Assembly (NCBI GenBank): GCA_016191145.1
Contig: JACPPD010000007.1
Location: 91,158-155,157, forward strand
Source of the DNA: Ignavibacteria bacterium
Lineage (GTDB): Bacteria > Bacteroidota > Ignavibacteria > Kapaibacteriales > Kapaibacteriaceae
Length of the DNA stretch: 64,000 bases
Direction: 5' to 3'
Positions 10,067 through 22,700 of this stretch are shown one piece after another. How positions within the stretch are numbered: position 1 is the stretch's first letter; the number at the start of each line of letters is the position of its first letter. The translations under genes were made by a program, and so were the position numbers. A model generated the notes under the pieces. That model worked only from the letters and a program-made list of their open reading frames with translations. It did no database searches and had not been told where the DNA came from.

Positions 10067-10667
10067 GGAGCTACTTAAGAGATTCCTGGAAGGGGATGAA
10101 CGCGCATTTGTGGAGTTAATGCGCAAATACAAAGAGCCGATTACATCGTTTAGTTATCGGTTCCTCGGCGACTATGACGATGCAGTTGATATTGCTCAGG
10201 AAACCTTTGTACGGCTTTATCGCTTCGCTCACACCTTCCAGGGCGAAGTAAAGTTCACAACATGGCTGTATGCCATCGCAGCCAATCTTGCGCGTTCAGA
10301 ACTAAAACGTTACCGCCGGAGAAACGGAGTTTCCATCCAAACTGCATTCCGGCAGTCTGAAGATTCTGATGCCTGGGATGTACCCGACGAAACGTACCGT
10401 CCGGACGAACGCGTCGACAGAACTCGCGTTGCCATGGAAGTGCAGACTGCACTCATGAGAGTGTCGCCATCCTACAGGGAAATGGTTATCCTCAGAGATA
10501 TTCAGCAGCTTACCTATGAGGAGATTGCCGGGATTACTAATACTGAAATGGGTACAGTTAAAAGCAGAATCAATAGGGGTAGGGCACAGCTCCAGGAGCT
10601 ACTTAAATCCCTTTATGAAGAGGTTTTTGGAACAACGAAGACTATCGAACCGTCTGACGACAACTGA
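10059..10667 (+). CDS. RNA polymerase sigma-70 factor, ECF subfamily
   Basis: 202 aa with region 2 (DIAQETFVRLYRF ... TWLYAIAANL) and region 4 (LTYEEIAGITNTEMGTVKSRINRGRAQL) signatures. Overlaps radA by 8 bp. Confidence 0.85.
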   Translation: MDEELLKRFLEGDERAFVELMRKYKEPITSFSYRFLGDYDDAVDIAQETFVRLYRFAHTFQGEVKFTTWLYAIAANLARSELKRYRRRNGVSIQTAFRQSEDSDAWDVPDETYRPDERVDRTRVAMEVQTALMRVSPSYREMVILRDIQQLTYEEIAGITNTEMGTVKSRINRGRAQLQELLKSLYEEVFGTTKTIEPSDDN

Positions 10668-10670
10668 AAA

Positions 10671-11054
10671 ATGAAAAATTTGTCACGCATTCAAACGCCA
10701 GACGATTTCGAGCAGGAAATTTTTGTACGGGCTCTCCTTTCACGACTCGAGACTCCGGAACTCAACCCTGCTTTTGATACGCAAGTTCTAAGAAGAATTA
10801 GTAAATCCACGCCTAAGGCTTGGGGATTTATTTCTGCGGTACTGGCTGTTGTAATTACTGGGGTAATGATATGGTGGATTTCAGCGCCAGATATCGTCAG
10901 AGTTGCAAGTGTGCCAACCATTAGCCCATACCAGATAAATTTAGAGCACCTGCCTCCCGCCCCCTACCATGAATATGTAGTTGTGGAACGTAATCCTGGT
11001 AAGTCTGCCGTTAAGAAGAGGGATCATATTACGCCTGGGGTATCCGGGTATTGA
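10671..11054 (+). CDS. putative membrane anti-sigma factor
   Basis: 127-aa ORF 3 nt downstream of the ECF sigma gene, with a single central TM helix. The call is by position only. Confidence 0.4.
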   Translation: MKNLSRIQTPDDFEQEIFVRALLSRLETPELNPAFDTQVLRRISKSTPKAWGFISAVLAVVITGVMIWWISAPDIVRVASVPTISPYQINLEHLPPAPYHEYVVVERNPGKSAVKKRDHITPGVSGY

Positions 11055-11094
11055 GTCTCAGGCTCCGTATCTTTCGGCGCAGCATTAATAGTAA

Positions 11095-12276
11095 TTGCGC
11101 CATAACATGTTCGAGAAGGAACTTGATAGGGAACGAAAGGGACTGAAATCTCTCATTTCCCTTTCAGAACCATACGTAAAGATTGAGGCAATTACTGCCA
11201 CTGATAGCGTCCACCCCGCATACCGCGCCTATTTTGAGGCCGAAGTTGCGTGGTGGATTCACGAAGAGCGTGCTATTCGGACGTCGAACCCAAGGTTCGA
11301 TACTGCGAGCAGCAGAGTGCGTGACCTTGCCCAAAAGCTTGACGCCGAATTTGTAAAAAATGCAAGGTTCGATCACGAAGAGCTCAGTGCAACAATCGAT
11401 GCCGCAGTAAGAACGCGCCTAAATTTTTTATGCCGTCCGCGTACTACACTTAAGTGGTTCGTTTACCGAGGCGAACCCACAAAGCCAATTCAGGAAGTCT
11501 TATTGCGACTTGGTTTTTTTTACGACTACAGTTATCTAACGGATGGAATTCGCTCGTGGGCAAGGTCGCGCAGTCCCAATGATTCAGGATCGTTTGAAAT
11601 TCTTTCAATCATCGAATTTGAAAGGATTGTTGAGAAAGTAGACAACGACGGGATTCTCGACCTTTCTCAGGATGAATTTGTGAGCCTGCTGACACCTTTG
11701 TATGAGTTTTTTTCCAGTGCGGCTCCGGATATCCCGCCGGAGACAGTACCGACGGAAGCTGTAATTATTTTTCTCGACGATAAGGGGGCTATACCAATTT
11801 CACAAGCACTCGAACGCATGCTGTATCGGGAGGATCTCAAATACCTTACCCGATCGAAGTTCCTCGATGTGATTGATGAGGTGATTCGCGGACTCGAAAG
11901 CGAAGACACCCTTATGCGGGAAACCGAAGGCTCTGTGGCAAAGCCATACGGTGAAGGCAAAGCCCCGGATCCTTTTGCCGCAGACGAATACGGTGCAAGT
12001 GCCCTAGACACCGAAGAGCATGCCATGAGCATCGTCGATCTGCGCCGCTTAAAGTTTGCCGAATTCGTCGACGGAGCGCAGAGAGAGCGTTTTACGGAGA
12101 AGTTGTTTGCGGGAGATTCGCGTGTTATGGAAGATGTTTTGCAGGACGTACTATCGTGCAGTCAGTGGAAGGATGCTATGGCAAGGCTCGACCGCTGGTA
12201 TGCGCGCAATTCCATAGAGCCGAACAGCGCTCCTGCCATGGAGCTCGCTCATGCATTGAACCGGACGTACAGATGA
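11095..12276 (+). CDS. hypothetical acidic protein
   Basis: 393-aa ORF with no recognised domain. Its stop overlaps the obg start (ATGA). Confidence 0.5.
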   Translation: MRHNMFEKELDRERKGLKSLISLSEPYVKIEAITATDSVHPAYRAYFEAEVAWWIHEERAIRTSNPRFDTASSRVRDLAQKLDAEFVKNARFDHEELSATIDAAVRTRLNFLCRPRTTLKWFVYRGEPTKPIQEVLLRLGFFYDYSYLTDGIRSWARSRSPNDSGSFEILSIIEFERIVEKVDNDGILDLSQDEFVSLLTPLYEFFSSAAPDIPPETVPTEAVIIFLDDKGAIPISQALERMLYREDLKYLTRSKFLDVIDEVIRGLESEDTLMRETEGSVAKPYGEGKAPDPFAADEYGASALDTEEHAMSIVDLRRLKFAEFVDGAQRERFTEKLFAGDSRVMEDVLQDVLSCSQWKDAMARLDRWYARNSIEPNSAPAMELAHALNRTYR

Positions 12277-13271
12277 ACTTTATCGATACTGCTGCTGTTA
12301 CAATCAAGGCAGGGGATGGCGGTAAGGGGCATGTATCGTTCAGGCGAGAAAAATATGTTCCCAAAGGCGGACCCGACGGCGGCAATGGCGGCGACGGTGG
12401 CAGCATTGTTGCCGTTGCCGACACCCAACTTGGGACACTTCTTGACTTTCGTTATAAACGAATTTATAAAGCTCCATCGGGCAATCCCGGCTCTACAAGC
12501 CGATGCACAGGCAGCAGCGGCGAAGATGTAATCCTCCGAGTTCCCTGTGGCACCATCATTAGAAATCGAATGACGGGAGAACAACTTGCCGATCTTGCAT
12601 CAGATGGGTCGTCCGTTGTACTTGCCCATGGAGGCAGGGGAGGCAGGGGAAATTCAGAATTTGCCACCAGTGTGAACCAAACTCCCCGTTATGCCGAGCC
12701 TGGCACTCCCGGAGAAGAGCTGCTCATCGATCTGGAACTCAAGCTGCTTGCCGATGTCGGACTTGTCGGTTTTCCCAATGCCGGGAAGAGCACGCTTATC
12801 AGCGTAGTCTCGGCGGCACGCCCGAAGATTGCCGATTATCCGTTCACAACGCTTACTCCCAACCTGGGGATGGTGCGCGTGGGCGAAGGACGGTCGTTTA
12901 CCATTGCCGATATTCCCGGGCTCATCGAAGGAGCCCACGAGGGTAAGGGGCTTGGAATCCAGTTTTTACGGCACATTGAGCGTACAGCCGTCCTGATCTA
13001 CCTCATCGAATGCACCGATCCGAAACCGGAGAAAACGCTAAACATATTGAAGAATGAGCTTTCCAGTCACAACATTTCCCTTATGAACAAGCCCTACTTA
13101 ATAGTGCTGTCGAAGGCCGACCAGCTCGACGCAGCCCAACGTACTCAATTGGAACAAAGTAGATTTGCAATTGGTAACCGGGCACGTCTGCTTTCTGCCG
13201 TTAGCGGAGCCGGAGTTCAGGAATTAATGGAAGAGTTATGGAGCTATGTGATTCAAAGCAGAGTTCTTTAA
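12273..13271 (+). CDS. obg: GTPase Obg/CgtA
   Basis: Starts MNFIDTAAVTIKAGDGGKGHVSFRREKYVPKGGPDGGNGGDGG, the Obg fold glycine-rich N-domain, followed by GFPNAGKST (G1) and DIPGLIEGA (G3) motifs. The track ORF start at 12156 is an upstream artefact. Confidence 0.9.
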   Translation: MNFIDTAAVTIKAGDGGKGHVSFRREKYVPKGGPDGGNGGDGGSIVAVADTQLGTLLDFRYKRIYKAPSGNPGSTSRCTGSSGEDVILRVPCGTIIRNRMTGEQLADLASDGSSVVLAHGGRGGRGNSEFATSVNQTPRYAEPGTPGEELLIDLELKLLADVGLVGFPNAGKSTLISVVSAARPKIADYPFTTLTPNLGMVRVGEGRSFTIADIPGLIEGAHEGKGLGIQFLRHIERTAVLIYLIECTDPKPEKTLNILKNELSSHNISLMNKPYLIVLSKADQLDAAQRTQLEQSRFAIGNRARLLSAVSGAGVQELMEELWSYVIQSRVL

Positions 13272-13674
13272 AGAATTGGCACGGCTCTTGTGAGGAAGCG
13301 ATTGCCATTAGGGTCGATCTTCGATAAGTACCGTTATTACGGGGGATAATCGGAGGATCCTGGGTGTGAACCTGTGAAATTGTCTTCACAGGTGGTGTGC
13401 TATCAGAATTTCGAAAGTAAGCTTTGACGCAGATGTTACTTAAGGGCACAATCGTTGGAAATGAAATCATCCTTAGTGGATGTGTGCATTTCACGTTTGG
13501 CGCAATCATCTGTCAGAGGTATTTTAGCGGCGCATTGGAGGCACCGCTCACCCGGTTGGGGGGTGGTGTGCGCTATTCCATCATTGGGGGCGGATTACAG
13601 GCAGTGTATGAGAGATAGATACTTTTGGGCCGGACCGGGCAAAACCGTTCCGAACAAACATTTGGAAAATGCAT

Positions 13675-13700
13675 GGCGCCGAAGGCGCCTTTTGGTGTTT
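13675..13700 (+). terminator. GC hairpin plus T-tract (terminator/attenuator-like) in leader of giant gene
   Basis: GGCGCC-GAA-GGCGCC followed by TTTTGGTGTTT, about 80 nt upstream of the SD-supported start at 13779. Confidence 0.4.
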
Positions 13701-13778
13701 ACTAATAAAATGGATAATCAAAAAAGTTTTGAAAACAAGACAGTCATTATCAATCGTAACTCTTTCTCGGAGGATTGT

Positions 13779-16700
13779 ATGAATCGTTTCGATTCCGCGT
13801 TATCTGCGCGGCAACGGGGCGGTGGGTTTGTTGAACGGTTCAAGGCCGTAGCAGCCACGCTGTTGTCGTTGCTTGTTGTGGGTTCTATTGCGGCATCGGC
13901 TCAGCCGACCCTTACACACGTCGGACCGCCACCGCCAGCAGCAGTATTCACCGCAGGTCAAATTTGCTCGGGCCAGACACCACAATTCGAAGTAGGTACC
14001 ACAGCCAAGCCTGTAACAACCTACAACTTGGTTGAGGGGAACGTAGCGCTCGAAGCCGAAGTTGGAGCCACTGATATCATTGGCAACCTCGGCGACGACC
14101 AGGTGTGGAAACTACCCGCGGGCGATATTCAGGCGGCAGCAGGGGGGAACTTTATATTCGAATTCTTTGGTCAGCCGCACAATCTCTCCACAGAGGGTTT
14201 GTTTATCGGTACAAACGGATTTGTTCGGTTCCAGGATGGCGATCCCACCAACGATGCAAACGTTGAACTGCTCGAAACGGGAATCATTGCCCAAAACATT
14301 CCGAATGTGGCCGGACCAAACGGTGCCGCCTACTTCCTGAATATTGACCTTGCACCACAGGCTGGTGAAGATGTCGACTGGGAAATTCAGGATGTTAATG
14401 GTGGTGATGCCCTGGTTCTCACGTTCCGGGATGTGTCTCAGTACAATCCTCTGCTAGTGTATCCATACCAGCAGGTTGAAGTACAGATTATTCTGTATCC
14501 GAACAATCACCCAAACACGCCAAATATGATCGAAGTCCGCCTGGGCAACTGGCCGGACCCGAACGTTATCCCTGCGCGCGTGCACACTATTGGTGTTGAG
14601 AACCAGTGCGGAACTGTTGCCTATGCTGATGCAGACCACAACGCCGATACATGGGCTGTTGCCAATGCTGCAGGCGAAGTAGCTGGCTATTCGATAACAT
14701 TCGATCCTCAGGCAGGAGCATCTCAAACGCTGACAACGACTCTCTATGTTGTTGGACCAAACGGTGTTATTAATACCTATTCAACATCGAGTGCGTCACC
14801 GGATGATATTACCAGATCTGGAGCTACGGCTGGTACAACGGGAATACCTGTTAGTATAACGTCGAATACTGCAGTTACGTCTGTAACTCCTGCAGGGCAG
14901 CTTACATTTTTTGCAGTCGTTGAATACGAAGACTGTATAATTGAAGTAACAAACACTGTAACGCTTACCGTAAATCCAACACCCACTGCGGTAACCATTA
15001 CCGGACCGGTGAACGTTTGTGTTGGTACTAACTATAATTACAATGTCCCGCTAAACAACGGTAATACGTATTCGTGGACATCTACCGATGGTTTCGCGAC
15101 GATTACGCCGGCAATACCCACCATTAATGCAAATACCGCAACGGTTAATTGGGCAACCGGATCAAACGGTGGCACAGCTCAGACTCTCACAAGTACGGAA
15201 ACAACGCCGGCAGGATGCCAGGCTGTTCATACTGTTAACGTCACTGTGTACACGGTGCCTAACGGAACCATTTCCGGTCCCACGCCAGTTTGTGCGAATT
15301 CGGCCGGCAATGTGTATTCAATTTCTGGTGGACCGTACGGAGCGTACCAATGGTCGATTACTGGCGCTCCTGCCGGAACTACAACGGGATCAACAACAGG
15401 GACGACGTTTTCCGTAAACTGGGGTGATTTTGCCCAGCCAGGTACTGCTCAATTCCCGCAGGTCAGGGTTACCGTTTCCAACGGTCCTGGCGGCCTGTGC
15501 TCGTTTACCGCAACTCCGCTTGTTGTTACGGTTAACCCGCGTCCACCTGTAAAGACAATCACTGCATCGGATGCTACTCCATGCGTAAACCAGACTATCA
15601 CGTATAGTGTGGGCCTTACCGCTGGCAACAACTATGCATGGACTGCGGCTGGCGGAACCTTCGCCTATACCAGTCCTGGTGCATACGTTAACGGCACACC
15701 TACGCTGAACCTGAATTCGGTTCAGTTGCAGTGGACAAATGCAGGTAGTGGTCGGTCTATGACGGTGAATGAAACAACACCTCAGGGTTGCCTTCGGACA
15801 ACAACGATGTCAGGTATTGTTGTAGAAGCATTACCGACGCCAGTCATTACCGGACCGTCGATTAACGTTTGCGGTTACCTTGCATCTGCCGGTGGCAACC
15901 CATCGTTTAACACTGTTCCTAACCCAATCCAGCACACCTACGCAGTTGCAGTTCCAAATGCATCAAATACGTATGCTTGGTCAATACCTGCAGCTTCAGG
16001 GTATATCGTTTCAGCTGGACCTGGGACACCATCGCCGACGCCGGGACCAGGTATTACATCTGTGTCTGGTCTGAACGTTACGCAGATAACAGTTCGTTGG
16101 AACAACCCGGCTATATCTGTTGCCCGCACTGTTAACGTTACAGAAACATCTGTTAACAATTGTGCAGGAAATGCTCCGACGTTCAACCTTACAGTGGTTC
16201 ATACACCAGAAGCTGCTAACTTCTCACTTGCAGGACCTGGTATTACAACTACCGATCCGTGTGCGAACACAACAGGTGTTATTTACACTGGTACGACAAC
16301 ACTACCGGCTGGAACACTTCAGCAGGTATATGTCCTTGCTGGTGGAACGCTTGTGTCTTCAGTCGATGCTTACCCGAATGTTACGGCAACGGTCAATTGG
16401 GGTAACGCAGCTACAGGAACACTTCGTCACGAAGCCACTGCTCCGACGGGTTGCGTGTCGTACGAAGAGTACGTTATAACAATTCGTCCGCTTCCAGAAG
16501 CCGATATTACAGGACCATCAACGGTCTGCGGTGGAACAACGGGCCAGGTTTATGGCGTTACCAACATCCAGAATGGCCCAATCACTCACAGTTGGTCATT
16601 TGCCAGTAACCCGGGTGGAATCGCATCGTTCCCGGGCGCAACAACGAACTCTACAGTAACGGTTGACTTTGCTAATCCTGGGGCTCAAACGATTGTTGTT

Positions 16701-19700
16701 CTTCAAGACTTCATCACCGGTCCTGGGCCATGGCTGTGCACGAACACCATTACCTACAACATCACCGTTAACCCAACTCCAGCGGCGCCAATTATTGCAG
16801 GCGCCGATGGTGGTGGAACTCCCGAGTATGTCTGCGCTGGCACCACTGAAGGGTACACTGTAACAGGTATAGGTGGTGGTACAACAACCATATCGGTTGT
16901 TGGTGGAACTCCAAGTCAGACAATTTTTGCCGGTGCAGGTCCGTTCAACTTCAACGTTACCTGGGGCTTTGTACCTGGTGGCGGTGCAGGAAGCATAACA
17001 GCCACTATTACACTGAACAACTGCCCAAGTACTCAAACGGTATTTCCAGTTACGGTTTCTCCGCTGCCGGCAGTGCCAATCTTTGAGTATTCTTTGGACA
17101 ACGTCACGTTCAGTACAACAATTCCGCCACTCTGCGTTTATAATGTCCCATTTTATGTTCGAGTACAGAACAGCACGGCAGGCGTAACATACAACTGGAA
17201 TGAATATCCCCAGATCTGCTGGCCTACTGCTTCTGCATCGGATAATCCTGGCGGTGGCACCAACGAATTGTGGACCATTACGAACTGGAACTGTGCGCAC
17301 CCGGCAAACGAGCTTTACATTGTTGCTTACGCACAAGACGATATCACCGGTTGTATTTCTCCTGGAACCGGATTGCCGGCTCCATGGACAGGTTTAGGTG
17401 CACCCTATACCAGCTCGCCAGCAGTCGTTGTTGCCCCGGTTCCGACTCCAGTTATTTCCGGCCCAACAGACGCATGTAATAACGTCTTCGATCCGGCTGG
17501 GATGAATGGAGCGACGGTTGACGCCGATCCTACCTCGTATACCTACACATACTCAACACCGCAAGTAGTTGGCAACTCCTATTCGTGGACTGTTACAAAC
17601 GGTTATGTGGTTGCTACATCAACGGACGGTGGGTCCACATGGACATACCTGAACCCCGTTGCAACAACGAATGGCGCACCAATTCTGAATGCTAATACCG
17701 TTCAGGTAGTGTTCTACGGACCAACACCGGGCAAGGTGAAGGTATCGGAAATTGCTCCGGGCGGATGTCAGGCAACAACCCTCGACTATAACGTAAATCT
17801 GAATCCATTCCCAATAGCGCAGTCTCTGGTATCTTGGTCACCCGAAGTGTGCTCTGGTGATTGGGGACTGTTAGCATCATTTAATTCCGAAGCAACCTTT
17901 ACCTACCGTGTTGAGACTTCGACAGACGGAGGGTCTACGTGGACGCCAACGCCTGGAGTAGGAACGCAGACTGGTAATGGTGGAGGTCTCTTATGGTTTA
18001 TTCCACCAGCATCAATCCCATATACTGCAGTTCCACCGAACATTACAACGTATACATTCAGGATAACTGCTCAGCACACCGCAACGGGTTGTGGATGGTA
18101 TCCAGTGTCGAACACGGATATCATCAACGTTAATCCGAAGCCGGCAGACAACATTCCTGTGGTAAACACCACACCGTTAACCTGCGAAGGTGATAACGTT
18201 GTTGTCGAAGTTGGCGATGGCGGCACACCATCGGAAAGCTGGGTGCAGTATCAGCTCATGCGTCGGCAGATCGCAGATCTTTCGACAGGAGCACCGATTG
18301 CACCAACACCGTACACATACGTTGGCAGTCCCCAAGTTGGTAATGGTATCGGGTCCATTCAGTTAATTGACAACACCGCTCCGGCAGGGGGCTATCCACT
18401 CCTGAATGCCGACGTATATCAATACCAAGTTGAAGCGGTAACAGACATGGCTCCTGCGCCGCCGCCCAATATTCAGTGCACAACTATGCTCGCCCAGACC
18501 GTCACTGAAAGAGTCTTTGCTCTTCCATTGGCACAGGTGGTGAGCTACACGCCAAATCCAATTTGCTGGGAAGCTGATCTTACGGTTGATCTTTCCGGTT
18601 CGCAGGATGGCGTTGAATATGAAATTCTCCGCGACGGTTTGAGCATGGCACCACCAGTTATCGTTGATGGTAATGGCGGACCTGTTCAAGTTATCGTACC
18701 TGCAGTGCAAGTGATGCCATCGAATCCGCTTTTCCCAACGGCTGTTGTGTTCTCTACACAGGCACGCTTGCGTACAGAGGCATTCCCACCATACGACAGA
18801 CCTATTCCTCCGTCGTCGTGTCCCAATACTTTCGGCTACGAAGAAGTTACCGTCAATCCAAAACCAGTGGCAGTTATCAATGGACCAGACGTAGCATGCG
18901 GCCCTTCTACAGTTGATTACACACCAGGACCATGGTGGGGTGGCTGGCCTTCTACATACGACTGGGCAATCCTGTTTGCAGCCGATCCGTATCCGGCCCC
19001 ACACAGCGATCCGCCTGTGGGCACGACTCCGCTATTTGCGAACAACACAGGATTTGGTACTGTAGATCCGTTCACAGTAGACTGGGGTGTTCACCTCTTG
19101 AGCTGCGATGGAACGTACAACCCGATTACGGTTGTGCTTCAGATGATTGAAACGAACCTGTTCAATTGTCCGGATACTGCATTCAAGGAAATCACAATCG
19201 AGCCTACACTCAGCGACGCTGTTATCAGCGGACCTACTCAGGCTTGTATCTATGGTGGTTTCGAACAACACCTAACAACGTACACCATCAGCCGTCCGAA
19301 TCCATGCATCTTCCCGGCAGGAACGACCTTCTTATGGAGCATGCCAACCGGACCGGTAATTGGCGTCATTCGCTCAGGTCAGGGTACTCCGACCATCGTT
19401 GTTGAGTGGACGCAAACTGGCGGCACTAACATCGGTACTATTCAGAGCACTGTAACACTTCCGCCGTCGCACGGTGGTTGTGCAACAACTGTGACCTACG
19501 ATGTGATTGTATATCCGCTGCCGCAGCCAATCGTGGTTGGACCCACATCGGTTTGCCAGGGCGATCAGAACGTGATTTACACTGCCGACTACTATGCCAC
19601 GGACAATTATGAGTGGATCGTTGTTGGCGGTACAATCAACGGCGGTTCCGGCTCAGGCACTATTGCCGATCCAGGTTACCTATCCAATCTTGCAGCCAAC

Positions 19701-22700
19701 ACAATCTCTGTTAACTGGCTTGATCAGGCAAATCCGAATGCCTATGTAAGACTCAATCAGGTAAGCGCAGCAGGTTGCTACAACACCAACACATTGCAAG
19801 TGACCGTGAACCCAACACCGACACCGGTAATTGGTGGTCCGGCAATCGTTTGCGACAACAGCGTTTATCAGTACTCTACGCAGAGCAACGCGCCCAACAA
19901 CGTGTATCAGTGGACGATCAGCGGTAATGCCGTTATCAACAATGGTGCAAATCAGGCGACCGTGACAATTCAAACGGGCGCCATCGGTGGAGGAACGCAA
20001 TTTGTTCTCGAGCTTACGGAAACCGTACAGGCTACCACCTGCACCAAGACCGTATCGCGAACCATTGACATTGTTGAGAAGCCGAATCCAACAATCACCC
20101 GCATTACTGCAGGTGGCGCAGTTGGTGGTGCATGCCTCAATCAGACAATCGAGTATGGCGATACCGATCCGGTAGCTGGCAACCCAGGGTACTCCTACAT
20201 GTGGACGGTGTATAACGGTTCAATCAGTGGATCGAACACTGCATCAACTGTGATTGTAACATGGAATACCATTGGCACCGGAACTGTAACACTTGCCAAG
20301 TGGCACACCAGCTCGCAGTGTACAACCACTGTAAGCATGGACGTCAACATCACCGCTCCGCCACAGCCGGCCATTTCCGGTCCGCTGCAGGTTTGCGGTG
20401 AAGGCGAGTACACATACAGCACTCCGTTTGTTGTTGGCAACACCTATGAATGGACAATCAGCGGCAACGGTACTATTACCTCCGGCGCAAACACGAATGC
20501 GGCCGTTATCAAATTTGATAATCCGCTTCCTGGATCAACGCTGAGTGCCGACATAACGGTTACAGAAAGCACAACACTCAGTGGATGTGAAGCAAGTGCC
20601 GTGGTAGAGGTTACTATCAACTACCAGCCACAGGTCCAAAACATAGATCGAATCGCTCCTGCAGGTCCAGTTGGACAAGCATGTCTGATGGATCAGATTA
20701 CCTATGCACTGCCAAACAACAACCCTGGTTCCACCTATCAGTGGACAGTTACCGGTGGCTCCATCGTTGGCAGCTCAACGAACTATGATGTAACCGTACA
20801 GTGGACCAGCGCTGGTGCACAGGTTCTCACAGTAGTTGAAACGGACGCATCTGGAGCCTGCGAAGCAACGTCGACGCTGAACGTCTCCGTGACGTACAAA
20901 CCAACACCTGCTATCTCGGGACCAGTGGCGCCTTGTACAGATGTTGATATCACGTACAGCACGCCAGCAGTGCCTGGCAGCACTTATCAGTGGTCGATTA
21001 CGCCGGGTGTTGGATACATTATGCTTACGGGTACAACATCCAATTACATTACCGTGAGATTCACAGCAGCTGGACCGTACACGATAACGCTTACCGAAGC
21101 AAACGGTCCGTGCGAAGTCACAACTTCTGTTGATATCAACGTTACCCAGCTTCCAACGCCCCTTATCACCAGAGTTTCGCCTCCTGGTAATGCGCAGTTG
21201 GCTTGCGAAGGCGACATTATCACCTATTCAACACCCGAAGTTGCAGGTAATTCCTACCTCTGGACGGTTGTTGGCGGTGGTACAATTCTCGGCTCCAACA
21301 CTTCGAATGAAGTAACAGTACAGTGGGTATCGCAGGGTACACATGCCCTGACAGTTCTCGAGACGACTCCGGGTGGCGGCTGCTTCGATGAAGCCACGCT
21401 TTGGGTTACAGTTACCTACAAGCCGACACCGAACATCAATGGTGCCAACGTTGCTTGTATCGAGAAGATCCTCACGTACTACACACCGGCAGTTGCAGGC
21501 GACACCTATGAATGGAGCATCACACCTGCCAATTCATTCTCTCCAGTTGTTGGCTATCCGAATTCAAACAGCATTACAGTTCAGTGGATTCTCCCTGGTC
21601 TGCATACTGTGACAGTAACTGAAACAAACGTTGCTGGCGGATGTGTGACAACCGTCTCCATGGATGTTCAGGTGAATGAAATTCCTGCACCATTCATCAC
21701 ATCGCCGACAGGTTATGGCAACCCTCCGGGACGCCGACCTGGCATCGTTTGCAACTTCAGTACGCACACGTATACAACGTTCCCAACACCTGGCAACACC
21801 TTCCACTTCTTTGTGACAGGTGGTACCATCATCGGCAACCCATACACTAACCAAGTTGTGGTTGAATGGGGTCCGGCTGGTATAGGTACAATCTGGGTAG
21901 TTGAGACAGTTCCAGGATCCGACTGCATCACGACGAAGCTCGACTCCATCGACATTCGTCCGACACCTGCACCGACCATCACTGGATCCAGCAATCCATG
22001 CGGCAACAGTCTCCAAACCTATTCAACGCCATTCGTTGCTGGTAACAGCTATGAGTGGACAGTTGTGGGAGCTGCATCTTGGTTTGTTGTTCCTGGTAAT
22101 CCGAATCAGATTCGTGTAACGTGGAATAGCCCAGTATGGCCAAACACTATTGCTGGCAGCGTCAGCGTTACCGAATGGGTCACGGATGTACTGCCTGATA
22201 AGTCATGCATCAATTCAACAACCCTTAACGTCACGGTACGCCCGAACCCACCAGTACCGACCATTACCGATACGTCTGTGGTTTGCGCAACCGACCTAAC
22301 GGATACACCGGCTACGATTAATCAGGTCACCTATTCATCGAGCGATCCGGGTGGCGTAAGCTTCCTGTGGACTATCTCGTCGAATGGTACCATCATCGGC
22401 AGCTCGACTTCTTCTTCGGTTCAGGTACAGTGGACAAACACGGGATTGACGCCGACGACAGGCACAATCACTGTTCGCCACACCTCGATACCTTGGGGTT
22501 GCGAAAACACTGCTTCGATGACGGTGACGATCAATCCATTGCCACGTCCTAACATTACTGGCGACCTCTCTGCTTGCCAGAACACAATCCATGCATACAG
22601 TACTCCTGGCTTACCAGGGCATTCTTACAGCTGGACTGTAGGTGGTGGGAACATCATTCGTTCGGGACAGGGAACACCAAACGTTATGGTTGAATGGACA

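Noticed and set aside
13455-13778. Upstream extension of the giant ORF (track start 13455, or ATG 13710)
   Set aside because: The extension runs across a palindrome and a terminator-like hairpin and has no SD. ATG 13779 has GGAGG at -5 and is followed immediately by a signal peptide.
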